DNA from: Spirogloea muscicola
Taxonomy: Eukaryota
Length of the DNA: 59,327 nt
Assembly (NCBI GenBank): GCA_009602725.1
Contig: WELB01000031.1
Location: 372,566 to 431,892 of the forward strand
Direction of reading: 5' to 3'
Part shown: positions 16,718 through 26,889 of the stretch, in pieces
Position numbering within the stretch: the stretch's first letter is position 1
Layout of the letters: every line of letters starts with the position of its first letter
Position numbers and translations under genes: made by a program
The notes under the pieces: model-generated
Databases searched by the model: none
The model's input: only the letters and a program-made list of their open reading frames with translations
What the model was told of the DNA's origin: nothing

Positions 16718-17417
16718 TAGGCTTTTCAATGCCACTGTCCTCAGACCTAGCGTATGTTGTAGGGCTACCTGGGTGCTGCTCTCGAGTCCGCAAGCCTATC
16801 ATGAGTTCCAACAGGCTCTACCAGGGTGTCTGTCAGCGTGCTCTTCCTGTCACAAGCACTTGGAGAAGCTTTTCCACATGCAAGTGATTCCGTCATCTTT
16901 CGAGTAGGCTTGCATTGTGGTTGTAGTCCCTTCTGAGCTGACAGGGGACAGAGCTCACCGGGCCTGTGCCTAAGCCGCTTCGCCAAGAGGAGACAATGGC
17001 TCAGAAAGTCCAGCTCAACAACATGGACAAGGTCAAGGGGTAAGCCCCAACGCAAATGCGCAAACCATTGCAAGCAATATGAGTGGCTCCAACCGATGAC
17101 CACTGAATAAGTCCTAGTCAATAAGCGCAAGTGGGAAGGTGTAGTTTAGGGGAGTTGCCTTGCCAAGATCGGAGAAAGCAGCTGAGGCAAGTACAGCCAG
17201 CACGTAATGCGCAAGCCTGGTCATATGCAGCCTAATGGATGAATGCAACGTGATCTACCCGAGAGCCCACAGCAAGTATACTAGCCTGCTCGCTGATAGC
17301 AGCCAGAGCCTTTTGGCTGGCCTTCCATAGCTATGCGCCCCTTCCCCCAAAAGCTCTGTGGGCGTCGTTGGGACAATCACATATCCTACAGGCTTGTCGA
17401 CGCATTTGAGCTCCTTA

Positions 17418-18622
17418 CTGGGCTGGGCGCTCCTGTACCTGCTCCTGTACCTGTTCCTGTGTTCTGTAAACAGCGTTCTCAGAGTCTGCCTTCCTCCAGT
17501 CGTACTCCTCCATTGGACGTTTGCCCTTGTCCACAGGCCCAGCAGGCCGCCCTCGCTGAGGCGGCGGCCCAGCGGATCGCCCTCGTCGCGGCGGCTCAGA
17601 TGCAGATGCGCTCATGGCGGCAGACAGATTCAGATCTCAGACAGTCAGTCAGAAAGCACAGGCTCCGCCCTCACCCAAGCTGGGTGGCAGCCATGGCTAG
17701 GGCGCACGGGAGCACCGCGTGGCCTCAGATGTTTGGAGTCTTTTGTTTTCATATTGTAAGGATCTTATTCCAAGTTGATATTTCTTCAATATCTGCTACT
17801 TGGTTAGTAGTCAAGGTAAAAGCTCTTGTAATTCTTGCTAATTCAGTCTCATCAGTTGGGAAATGTCCAGCGCGCGTGATTTTGTGCAACAATTGCTTTA
17901 CGCACAGGTTTGTACTGAATATTTATTGGATTAGCTAACCAATAATCTTTCGCACCCATGCGTCTTATGTGTTGTGCAACAACACCAGAGTGTGGTTGTT
18001 AGGTGCAATGTATCTGAGATACAACAAATTTCCACACTCCGGTGTTGTTGCACAATACGTAAGATGCATGGGTGCGAAACATTATTGGTTAGCTAATCCA
18101 TTATAAATTAAGTATAAACCTGTGCGCGAAGCAATTGTCGCACAAAATCAAGCGCGCTGGTGATTTCCAACTGATGAGACCGAACTGGCACGAATAATGA
18201 GAGCTTCTACCTTGACTGCTAACCAAGTAGCAGATGTTGATGAATAACACTTAGAATAAGATCCTTAAGTATATAACGATAATATTATATTAAATATCTC
18301 CAAACACCTGATGCCACGCGGTGCTCCCGTGCGCCCTAGCCATGGCTGCTACCCACCTTGGGTGAGGGCGGAGCCTGTGCTGTCTGACTGACCGTCTGAA
18401 ATGTGAATGTGTCTGCCGCCATGAGAGCATCTGCATCTGAGCCGCCGCGATGAGGGCGATCTGCTGGGCCGCCTCCTCAACGAGGGCGGTCTGTTGGGCC
18501 TGTGGACGAGGGCAAACGCCCTATGGAGGAGTCCGACTGGATGGAGGAAGGCAGACTCTGAGAACGCTGACTACAACACACAGGAACAGGTACAGGAGCA
18601 GGTACAGGCGCGCACAGCCCAG
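17418..18622. repeat. About 1.2-kb foldback (long imperfect inverted repeat)
   Basis: 17418-17995 is the reverse complement of about 18032-18622, with a loop of about 36 bp. The outer GC-rich part recurs at about 22890-23467. Confidence 0.9.
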
Positions 18623-19350
18623 GAAACCTTTCATCGAGAAGGCGTGGCATATCTTGCCCCTTCCCCAAGGACATGTTGGCTTGACCGGGTAGAATACTCT
18701 AATGCCTCGTACATGTGAGGGTCACGTGCACAAGTGTGCCGATTTTCAAGGCCCGCATCACCAGCATATAGATGGCAAGCAATGATTCCTTCCAGATTGT
18801 ACTGTGGACGCCAGGAAGCAAATTCTAGTGGAATTGCACTTTGAAAGTCTATAGCTTGATCGTCACCATATAAGCCGATTGCGGCAGGACCATTATATGC
18901 TACGTAGTCAAAGCAGAGGCGACAGCGAACAACATGGGACAACTGCAGGCTTTGGAGCTGATTGAACAGCTCATCTGGCCCCTTGCAGCAAGTTACTAAT
19001 GCCATGTCTGCTGATTGATCTCAAGCCTCTGTGCAGGAATAGTGACACATTATTTACAGACCTGGTAAGTTGTAAGTCCGCACAACTCTGAAAACTTACT
19101 CATGGATGTCATAGGTGCACGAAAAAACTAAACGAAACTAGGAGGAGAGCGCTAACTGAAGCTATGCGATTCTAACTACAGCAACTTCAACAGCGCACTT
19201 GGGCCTGCTCCCTAGACTCGGGCCCCCAAGCCCAATCTAGCTGGAGATTGTGGGCACTGCATCAGCTGTCAAGCTGCTAGATGTTGATGTTTGCACTAAG
19301 TCTGTCAATATGGACTCCGCCAATACAGAGGGCAGCTTTGAGCTCTAGAT

Positions 19351-21037
19351 TTACTTCAAGAATTTCCCAAGGAGGCCACCAGCAAGACCACCAGCAGCGA
19401 CAAGCAGCGAATTGTTGTTCTGACCAGAGAAAAATCGCGGCTTCTGCTGCTGCTGCTGCTGTTGGGGAGCGTAGCCTGGTGGAGGAGCCTGGTATCCACC
19501 ATATCCACCTGCCAGAGTGACTCAAATATCAGCTACTTCCCTTGGCCTTGACCGTAGCCATTATTGCTTGCTGATCAGTATCTCTGTCTTTGCTCACTGC
19601 CCAACATGATACTCTTACTCAAGGCCAACAGTGCTGACCACACAGCAAGAAGATTGCCGACCTTGTTGTGTCTGAGGCTGGAAGCTAGCCTTTACCTTGA
19701 TAGGGTGGTGGCGAGGGCGCTGCCGCATAATGAGGAGTCGGTGGTGCTCCATACTGTGGGGGTGCTCCGTAAGGTGGTGGTGCACCGTACTGAAGGGGGG
19801 CTCCATACTGAGGGGGGGCTCCATACTGAGGGGAGGCTCCATAGTGCGGGGGGGCACCATACTGAGGAGGGGCTGGCGGAGGAGCTCCTGCCAAGACCAA
19901 ACAGAGGAAGTAACACAGGAACCCTTGATAAGCACTTCAGGCGCGGTCTCTCCTGTTACATCAGGTATGATCTTGCATGCGGACCAGCCAAGCTGGTGTC
20001 ACCCGCACTGTAAAAGTGCAAAAATTTCTCACCAGAGCAATTCGCTATGCAAACTCAACAACTGTTAAGCACAACTGCAGGCGCTGCATCAGGTTGTCTT
20101 GCATTCTAGCTTCCAAGGCAGGGGCTGCCCCTGGCACCTCGACACTCACCGTATGAAGGCTGGTGACCAGTATATGATTGCGGGGCATAGCCAGGTTGGG
20201 GGGGTAGCCCACATTGCAGAGGAGTGTAGCCAGGCGGTGGATGGGAATGCGTCGACTGGGCCGGGTAATGTGGCGGCGGGTACGGTGGTGGCGGTCGCAC
20301 CTGACCTCCATAGGCCTCTTGCTTCTTGTCACCAGCCTCTGTTGGGCGGATTCGGGGCGGGTAGCCGTACGGCACAGCCGCCTCATGCGCGTCATACTTG
20401 CTGGCCTGTCCAGGCTGGTGACCACTGGTGCCCACGGAGTCATGCTTGCTGGCCTGTCCAGGCTGGTGACCGAAGCTCATAGACCAGACAACCTCCTGTC
20501 CCGCACGTTCCTCGGGCTCCGGCTCAGCTTTCTGGGGCGGCTGGTCGTAGAAGCTCGGTGCAGCGTTGCTCTGGGGCAACGGAGGGTAGGCCGGAGCTGC
20601 AAATGGTGGTGATGGGGGCTGATAGGCAAAGCGCTCGTCCGTCTCCTCTGTTCCTACAGCCTCGCCGTCCTGCGGGTAGTAATCGGGGTAGCCACCGGCC
20701 AGATCGTCGGTCGAGTATGCCTGCGAGTATGCAGACGCATAGGAGGCAGCGTACTCCGTCGAGCACGGCCAAGGCGGGTTGGCGCTTTCCGGGAGCGGCG
20801 CCTGGTCCACATTGTCCTCCGTGAAGTCGGACTCGGACGACTCGTCCCAGGTGGACGGGTCGTCCGACGGGCAGGCGCCTGCATGGACCGGGCGGCCGGC
20901 GAGAGCGCGGGTCAGCAGGCGGAGGGAGGCGCCAAGGCGCCAGAGCGCGGGCGGGGGCATCGCGGGGGCGCGGGCTGACCGTCGTCGGAGGACAAGCCCA
21001 GGCCCTGGAAGGCGACGGGGAGGAAGCTGGTCGCCAT
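19351..21037 (-). CDS. Orphan low-complexity protein: acidic N-terminus, Pro/Tyr/Gly-rich YGAPPQ repeats and a hydrophobic Gly-zipper-like tail
   Basis: Consistent GT-AG joins give MATSFLPVAFQGLGLSSDD|GACPSDD...QPSY|GAPPPAPPQ(YGAPPQ)n..PPYQ|GGYGGYQAPPPGYAPQQQQQQKPRFF..LLVAAGGLAGGLLGKFLK*. Confidence 0.7.
19745..19870 (-). repeat. 18-bp coding tandem repeat (YGAPPQ-like, about 7 units)
   Basis: Repeated CTCCATACTGNGGGGGG units on the + strand. Confidence 0.85.
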
Positions 21038-21349
21038 GGCGGGCGGGGGCGAGCTCGGGCCGGTGGCGGGTGCAAGGACGCGGGTGGTACGGGTTTTCGG
21101 GTGGCACTGGGAGCGGCGCGGCGGTAGCGGTAAAGCCCCGCCATCCGTCCGGGCTTCGGCCCTTGGTGTTGACTTGCTTGGACCTTCCACCGTACAGCTC
21201 ACGACGAAGCCGAGAAGAGAGGTTCCTTGGCTACTGACTTGGCGGTGACTTCGCCGCGACCCCGGCTCCCGCTCCCGCGCGCTGCTCCCCCGGGTCGAGT
21301 CGACATGGCCCCCGTCAGCACGGCTCCCCCCGATCTGTGGCACCTCCAG

Positions 21350-21545
21350 CAGAAAGAGCTCGCCCATTGAGGATAGGGGCTGGAACAGCCAGCCCAAAAA
21401 GGAATGGACAAAGGACGAGAAGGGAGCCAGGGGAAGCGCTAAGGAAAACAAGCACAAGAAGAAACAAAGCAATTACGAATGACTCAGTAACCCCTGCTGA
21501 GCTGCCGCAGATCAGAGGTGCTAGGGTCCTGGAAGTGGGTCGAGC
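21350..21545 (-). mobile_element. 5'-truncated 3' end of a CRE-type non-LTR retrotransposon, inside a 55-bp direct repeat (21293-21347 / 21623-21677)
   Basis: C-terminal ..SDLRQLSRGY* codons plus the shared 3'UTR GGGCTGG-N5-CCAGCCC hairpin. Confidence 0.75.
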
Positions 21546-21690
21546 CCTCCTTTCCCCCGCCTGCCCTCCCTCCTGCCATTACTGCTTCCTCACCCTCCTC
21601 TAGCAGCTCCACAAGCGGTACAGGTCGAGTCGACATGTCCCCCGTCAGCACGGCTCCCCCCGCCCTGTGGCACCTCCGGCCCTCCTAGTA

Positions 21691-22074
21691 CAGTAAAACC
21701 TGTCTAAGCTTATGCGGTCGGTTGGGGGAGATTTGTATAACGATACACAGGTTATAGCGATAAACAGGGTACTGCTTAACCCCTGACCCCTAGGGTTAGG
21801 GGTTAGGGGTAGGGTTAAGGGTTAGGGGGTTAAGGGTTTAGCGTGACGTCACGTGACACAGGTCGCACGGTTGGTCGCACGGCCGTCGCACGACCGTCGC
21901 ACGGTCGCACGCCGTCGCACGGTATAGGTGAAGCTTATATTTGAGAAAAACATATGAAGTATGGAAGTAGAGAGGATATAAGCTTACGCCACTAAACCGA
22001 CTCGGTTGGCCAGAATTTGATAACCTTAGACAGGATATAACCTTATGGAGGATAAGCTTAGACAGGTTTTACTG
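21691..22074. mobile_element. pogo-like (Tc1/mariner superfamily; Lemi1/Emigrant-type ends) MITE
   Basis: Perfect 23-bp TIR CAGTAAAACCTGTCTAAGCTTAT with a TA TSD on both sides. The interior holds a TTAGGG-like tract and GTCGCACG repeats. Confidence 0.9.
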
Positions 22075-22140
22075 TATAGGGCGCGTCATTTCATGAAGCC
22101 ACATCTTTGCGCTGCATTCTTTGCACTTTCTGCATTCTCT

Positions 22141-22207
22141 GCCTGAACAATGTATTGGCTTGAATTGGCCTCGCCTTAATTTCATGCGAACCGCGCGCCT
22201 TCTCTCC
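22141..22207 (+). repeat. About 70-bp dispersed repeat (GCCTGAACAATG...CGCGCGCCTTCTCTC), possibly a TIR
   Basis: An inverted copy lies at about 24196-24261, and two head-to-tail copies at about 49865-50018. Confidence 0.7.
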
Positions 22208-22230
22208 CGGGAGGAAAGAGGCTAAGCTAA

Positions 22231-22356
22231 GGGGCCAATTCACACCTGGTCGGCTGGTTGCAAATTGGCCTCGTATTGGCAAGGTTTTGACCTCAAGCGT
22301 CCAAATGACGCGCGACACGTACCCCTCAGCCACGACCGACCGACCGATTTGGCCCC
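22231..22356. mobile_element. Diverged Harbinger/Tourist-like MITE related to the 9639 family
   Basis: GGGGCCAA..TTGGCCCC ends preceded by TAA. The internal ACACGTACCCCTC and AAATTGGCCTCG motifs are shared with the 9639 copy in reverse orientation. Confidence 0.65.
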
Positions 22357-22594
22357 AAGTCGCGGGCGCCGCCGCCGCCACCCCTCCTCATCCCCGGGCC
22401 AGCCGCTGGCGCCGTCGCCGGCGGCGCCCTCCATGGGGCTCGCGGCGAGCAGGGCCCCTCCCGGGCCCCTCCCCCGCGCCGGCCCCAACCCCCTGNGCCG
22501 CCGCCGCCGCGGTTCTTGCCGTCGCCGCCGCCGCTCTCGCCTGCGCCGCCGAGCTCCCGTCGTCGGCCCGCCCGCGCGCCGCCGACGGAGTCGA

Positions 22595-22790
22595 TCTGTG
22601 ATGGAGCTTGCAAGGTGCTTACTGCCCCATTCCTTTACACCAGCAGAATTTGGGCTGAAGCAGTCGCAACGGCTGTTTATCTGAAGAATAGAATGCCTAC
22701 TAGTGCAGTAAAGAACATGACGCCACAGGAAATCTGGACTGGAAAGAGACCTACAGTTGCCCACCTTAGTTTTTGGTTTTCCTGCGTGGG
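22595..22790 (+). mobile_element. Ty1/copia integrase fragment (frameshifted)
   Basis: MELARCLL..WAEAVATAVYLKNRMPTSAVKNMTPQEIWTGKRPTVAHL is the typical copia IN core end. Confidence 0.85.
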
Positions 22791-22962
22791 CGCCTATTCC
22801 TACTGAGATGAGTGGGATGGCGGGATGGTACCTACTGAGATGAGTGGGATGGCGGGATGGCGCAGCGGAAGCGTGGTGGGCCCATAACCTGAAAGTTTTC
22901 CTGTGCGCTTCTGTACCTGCTCCTGTACCTGTTCCTGTGTGTTGTACACAGCAGCGTTCTCA

Positions 22963-23243
22963 GGGCCGATTTACACCGGGACGGATGGGACGCCGCCGAG
23001 GGGTACGTGTCATGCGGTGTATGGAGCGTCTGGGGTCAAAGTCTTGCCAAGTAGAGGCTAACTCGAGGTCAATTTGCGTCTGTCCGTCCCCGTGTTAATT
23101 GGCCCTCAGGGCCGGACGGACGGACGGACGAAAATTGACCTCTAATTAGCCTCGACTTGGCTGGACTTTGACTCCAGACGCTCCATACACCGCGTGACAC
23201 GTACCCCGCGGTGGCGTCCGTCCGTCCCGGTGTCCATCGACCC
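22963..23243. mobile_element. Two tail-to-tail Harbinger/Tourist MITE copies (22963-23105 and 23109-23243) inserted into a copy of the foldback-arm repeat
   Basis: TCA-[MITE]-TCA-[MITE reversed]-TGA. The empty site GTTCTCAGAGTC is present at about 17475. Confidence 0.85.
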
Positions 23244-23519
23244 TGAGAGTCCGCCTTCCTCCAGTCGAATTCCTCCATTGGACGGTTGCCCTTGTCCATA
23301 GGCCCAGCAGACCGTCCTCGTCGCGGCGGCTCAGATGCAGATGCGGTCATGGCGGCAGATTGATTCAGATCTCAGACAGTCAGTCAGACAGAACAGGCTC
23401 CGCCCTCACCCAAGCTGGGTGGCAGCCATGGCTAGGGCGCACGGAAGCACCGCGTGGCCTCAGATGTTATTGGGGAGTGAGCCCGATAAGTACCCGAGGC
23501 CTCCCTTATCGCTTCCCCT

Positions 23520-23975
23520 AGAAGAAAGTGCTCGCCCATTGAGAATAGGGGCTGGAACAACCAGCCCGAAAAAGAATGAACAGAGTACGAGAAGGGGGCC
23601 AGGGGAAGCGCTAAGTAACAGAAACAAAGCTGCTACGAGACACTCAGTAACCCCTGCTAAGCAGCCGCAGATCAGAGATGCTGGGCTCCTGGAAGTGGGT
23701 CCCGTGGCCAGAGCCAGAGGCAGCAGCGAGGGCTCTGCCGGCACGAAGGTGCAGCGCCCGGGCCATGGACCTCTGCAGCGAGACGGCCAGGCGCATTCGA
23801 TACACCCTAGCTCCCTTCTCCCTTTTTGTCCAATGTGCTTGCCTTTGTACTTGGCCACACATGGCCTCCCCATCTCATAATATACACGCATTCCTCCCTT
23901 CTCGTACTTTGTCCATTCTTTTTTGGGCTGGCTGTTCCAGCCCCTATCCTCAATGGGCGAGCTCTTTCTTCTTAT
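23520..23975. mobile_element. Two opposed CRE-type 3' fragments (minus 23520-23808, plus about 23830-23975)
   Basis: The minus strand encodes YRMRLAVSLQRSMARALHLRAGRALAAASG..SDLRLLSRGY*. Both copies carry the 3' hairpin. Confidence 0.8.
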
Positions 23976-24504
23976 CCAGGGGAAGAACTCTCACGGTCCA
24001 ATGAGACGAGCGAGGTGGTCACCCATGCCGTGCAACATCCCGTCGGTGTGGCTCATTGGTGTCGGTTGCTGACAAGAATGCGGAGGTGGCTGCTCACGTG
24101 GACGTCCGAGGGTGCGTCTTTATTCAATCTGGTGTGAAGGTGGGGTCGCGAGCGGGCCGAAAGCGCGGCATCTCCAACCCGCTTCGGTCAGAAAAAAGAG
24201 AAGGCGCGCGGGGCGCATGAAATGAAAGGGAGGCCAATTCAAGCCAGTACATTGTTCAGGCGAAGGCTACTCAGAAATGATACGTTTCGATCCGGCTCGG
24301 CGTCGGAGCATCATCAGGATCCGGCGTCAGCGCCTCGCCCATCAACGGTGCGTAGGCTCCTCCGCCGCCATGGTCAATCAGTGCCTCGGCGTGCAGCGCT
24401 TTGCCCTCTTGCATCCTCAGGCCCCTTTGTAGCTGATCACCGCTCTTAGGCCCCTCTGAACCTTTGTGAATTCTTTTTGGGCTGGCTTTTCGCAGCCCTT
24501 GCCC

Positions 24505-24960
24505 TTTAGAACAAAGGAAGATGCAGCACTACTCCGACTACCCTCGATGCGACCAGCTCCTGCCAGCGGCAATCGACATCTATGGCTGTCTGGGTCCTCG
24601 ATTTCACACCCTCCTCCAAAACATTGCCAATCTAGGCTACACACGACGTGCAGATGTGTTTCCGGCTGAAATGGGCTTGCCAGCTGCATATTTGTCGTTC
24701 TTGCGACGTCGAGTTTCGGCCTGTTTGCAGCGAGCTCAGGCTAATGCCTTGCATCAGAAAGCTGGGCGAGCTCTACTTGGTGACAGAAGGGCTTCGTACC
24801 TGACATCTAGTATTCATGCATCGGTTAGCGACCTTTATGTTTTGACCCGTGGATTTTGAGCGGGTCAACCTGCTGTAGGTTATGTAGATATTTAGATGTG
24901 CTTGCTTGCCTTTGTACTTGGCCATTGGCCTATGTTTGTTTCAAATACACGAAATTTTCC
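24505..24960 (+). mobile_element. CRE-type RLE 3' fragment (family C) inserted in the 3'UTR of a family-B copy
   Basis: PAAIDIYGCLG..RRRVSACLQRAQA..SDLYVLTRGF*, flanked by CCTTGCCC at 24497-24504 and 24959-24966. Confidence 0.8.
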
Positions 24961-25086
24961 TTGCCCCCATTGGGAGTGCCACTTCTTTCTCTTGCCACCT
25001 GCACCACACAAAGCCCCTGATTTACTAGGCCGAGAAAGCTCACGATAGCATGTCGAAGGCGTGGTGCTAAGCCTCGATCAGCCGTG

Positions 25087-25436
25087 AGGAAAATTTCGTG
25101 TATTTGAAACAAACATAGGCCAATGGCCAAGTACAAAGGCAAGCAAGCACATCTAAATATCTACATAACCTACAGCAGGTTGACCCGCTCAAAATCCACG
25201 GGTCAAAACATAAAGGTCGCTAACCGATGCATGAATACTAGATGTCAGGTACGAAGCCCTTCTGTCACCAACTAGAGCTCGCCCAGCTTTCTGATGCAAG
25301 GCATTAGCCTGAGCTCGCTGCAAACAGGCCGAAACTCGAGGTCGCAAGAACGACAAATATGCAGCTGGCAAGCCCATCTCAGCCGGAAACACATCTGCAC
25401 GTCGTGTGTAGCCTAGATTGGCAATGTTTTGGAGGA
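25087..25436 (-). mobile_element. Near-identical inverted copy of 24612-24961
   Basis: 350-bp arms with about 3 mismatches counted by eye and a 125-bp spacer. Confidence 0.85.
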
Positions 25437-25825
25437 AAAACATGAGGAACCGGCTGGGCAGTGGTGGGGAAATGGAAATGTGCTTGTCTTTCTTAGTGCT
25501 TCCCCTGGCCCCGTTCTTGTACTTTTTTCATTCTTTTTTGGGCTGGCTGTTCCAGCCCCTATCCTCAATGGGCGAGCCCTTTCTTCTGAAATGGTAGGAA
25601 GTGGTAGAAGCGAGTCTCTGGCTTTGGAGGCCGGGGAACCCAAATGGGCCAAATGGCCCCGCCCCAACAAACAATGTCATTCTTTATCTGACCAAGCATG
25701 AAGGGTGTGGGGAGCTTAGCAGTTCGCTCGGTCCTGTTTCTCCATCTGGCTGTTGCCAACCTTTGCCGCCGCCAAAAACAAAATTTCGTGTATTTGAAAC
25801 AAACGAAGGCCAAAGGCCAAGTACA

Positions 25826-26889
25826 ATGCGCTCGTGGACAAAGCGGCCTACGACCAGGTGGCGGAGCTCCTTCCGCCGCAAGACAGTCGCGGGCGCGCCA
25901 GGCTGCTCTCAGCCTCCTCCCCCGGGGCGGCGGCGTGGGTATCTGCGCTCCCCATATACGCGGCCCTCACAATGCCCGAGGCAGTCTACAGGACGGCGGT
26001 GCAGCGGCTTCTCGGCCTTCTCCCCCCCTGCCTCGTCGGTGTCACGCAAAGTGAGTGCGGTGCCCGCCACGCTGACCCTGCGACGCTGGCGGCCCACATG
26101 CTTCGTTGTGCCCACGGCGGCGAGCGGACCGGATCCCACGACCTGCTCAGGGACGGCATGCAAGGCGTCTTCCTCGAGGCGGGTTACGAAGTGGCCGTGG
26201 AGCACTCGTCAATAATGCCTATCCTGCGCGACGACGACGGCCGGATCCACACCCGGCGCGCTGACCTCGTCGCCATCCCGCCCGGGGGCGGTCCGCGAAT
26301 CATCGCGGATGTGGTGACCACCGACTGTGTCGACTCCGCTAACCCCTCCAAGTCGGCGACGACCGCTGGGCATGCGGTCGCCGTGGCGGCCCGCGGCAAA
26401 GATCGGAAATATGCTGATCACCCGCCTGCCGACGAATTCGCAGCCCTGGCCATCGATGTCCACGGGGCCTATGGCCGTGGCTGGCTGGACCTCCTCCAGC
26501 GGCTTGCCCGGCAGGCCATCGAGCGGCGGCCGGGTCTGCCAGGGGGGCTGCCCGGCTTCAACGCGGCCGGCTCCCTGGCCCAGGTCTTCCGGATGCGGCT
26601 CTCCGTGTCCCTCCAACGCTCCCTCGCCTATGCCGTCCACTCGCGTGCGGGCCGCGCTATCGCGGCTGCTTCTGGGTCGCGTCTGGATGCATCATTTCCT
26701 GCGTCGAGCTACTCCGACCTGATGTTGCTCACCCGGGGGTATTGAGCTTCCTGTGATTTCGTCGTGTCTTCTTCTCTAGCTGCCTAGCTGTGTGTTTTTT
26801 GTTTTTGTGTTTTTTGGCTTTTGACATTGTCCATTCTTTCTGGGCTGGCTTTGCTGGCCCCCTTTCTCTATAGGCTCGCTCTTTCGTTT
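25826..26889 (+). mobile_element. 5'-truncated CRE-clade non-LTR retrotransposon (family A): zinc knuckle plus restriction-like endonuclease ORF 25834-26745 and 3'UTR
   Basis: GAAAWVSALP, C..G..D....H..RC..GGER..SHD, VEH..RRADL..ADV, KDRKY, FAALAIDVHG and RLSVSLQR form the RLE-type C-terminus of CRE/Cnl1/MoTeR-like elements. A U-rich 3'UTR with the hairpin follows. Confidence 0.85.

Noticed and set aside
18631..19005. 124-aa minus-strand ORF next to the foldback
   Set aside because: No recognisable motif or splice pattern, so a call cannot be supported.
23908..23970. 3' hairpin as a hammerhead or HDV ribozyme
   Set aside because: No CUGANGA/GAAA core or nested pseudoknot is visible.
21293..26889. 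Repeated GGGCTGG..CCAGCCC palindromes as a CRISPR array or bacterial terminators
   Set aside because: Irregular spacing, both strands, eukaryotic context, and a consistent position after RLE ORF ends. They are retroelement 3'UTRs.
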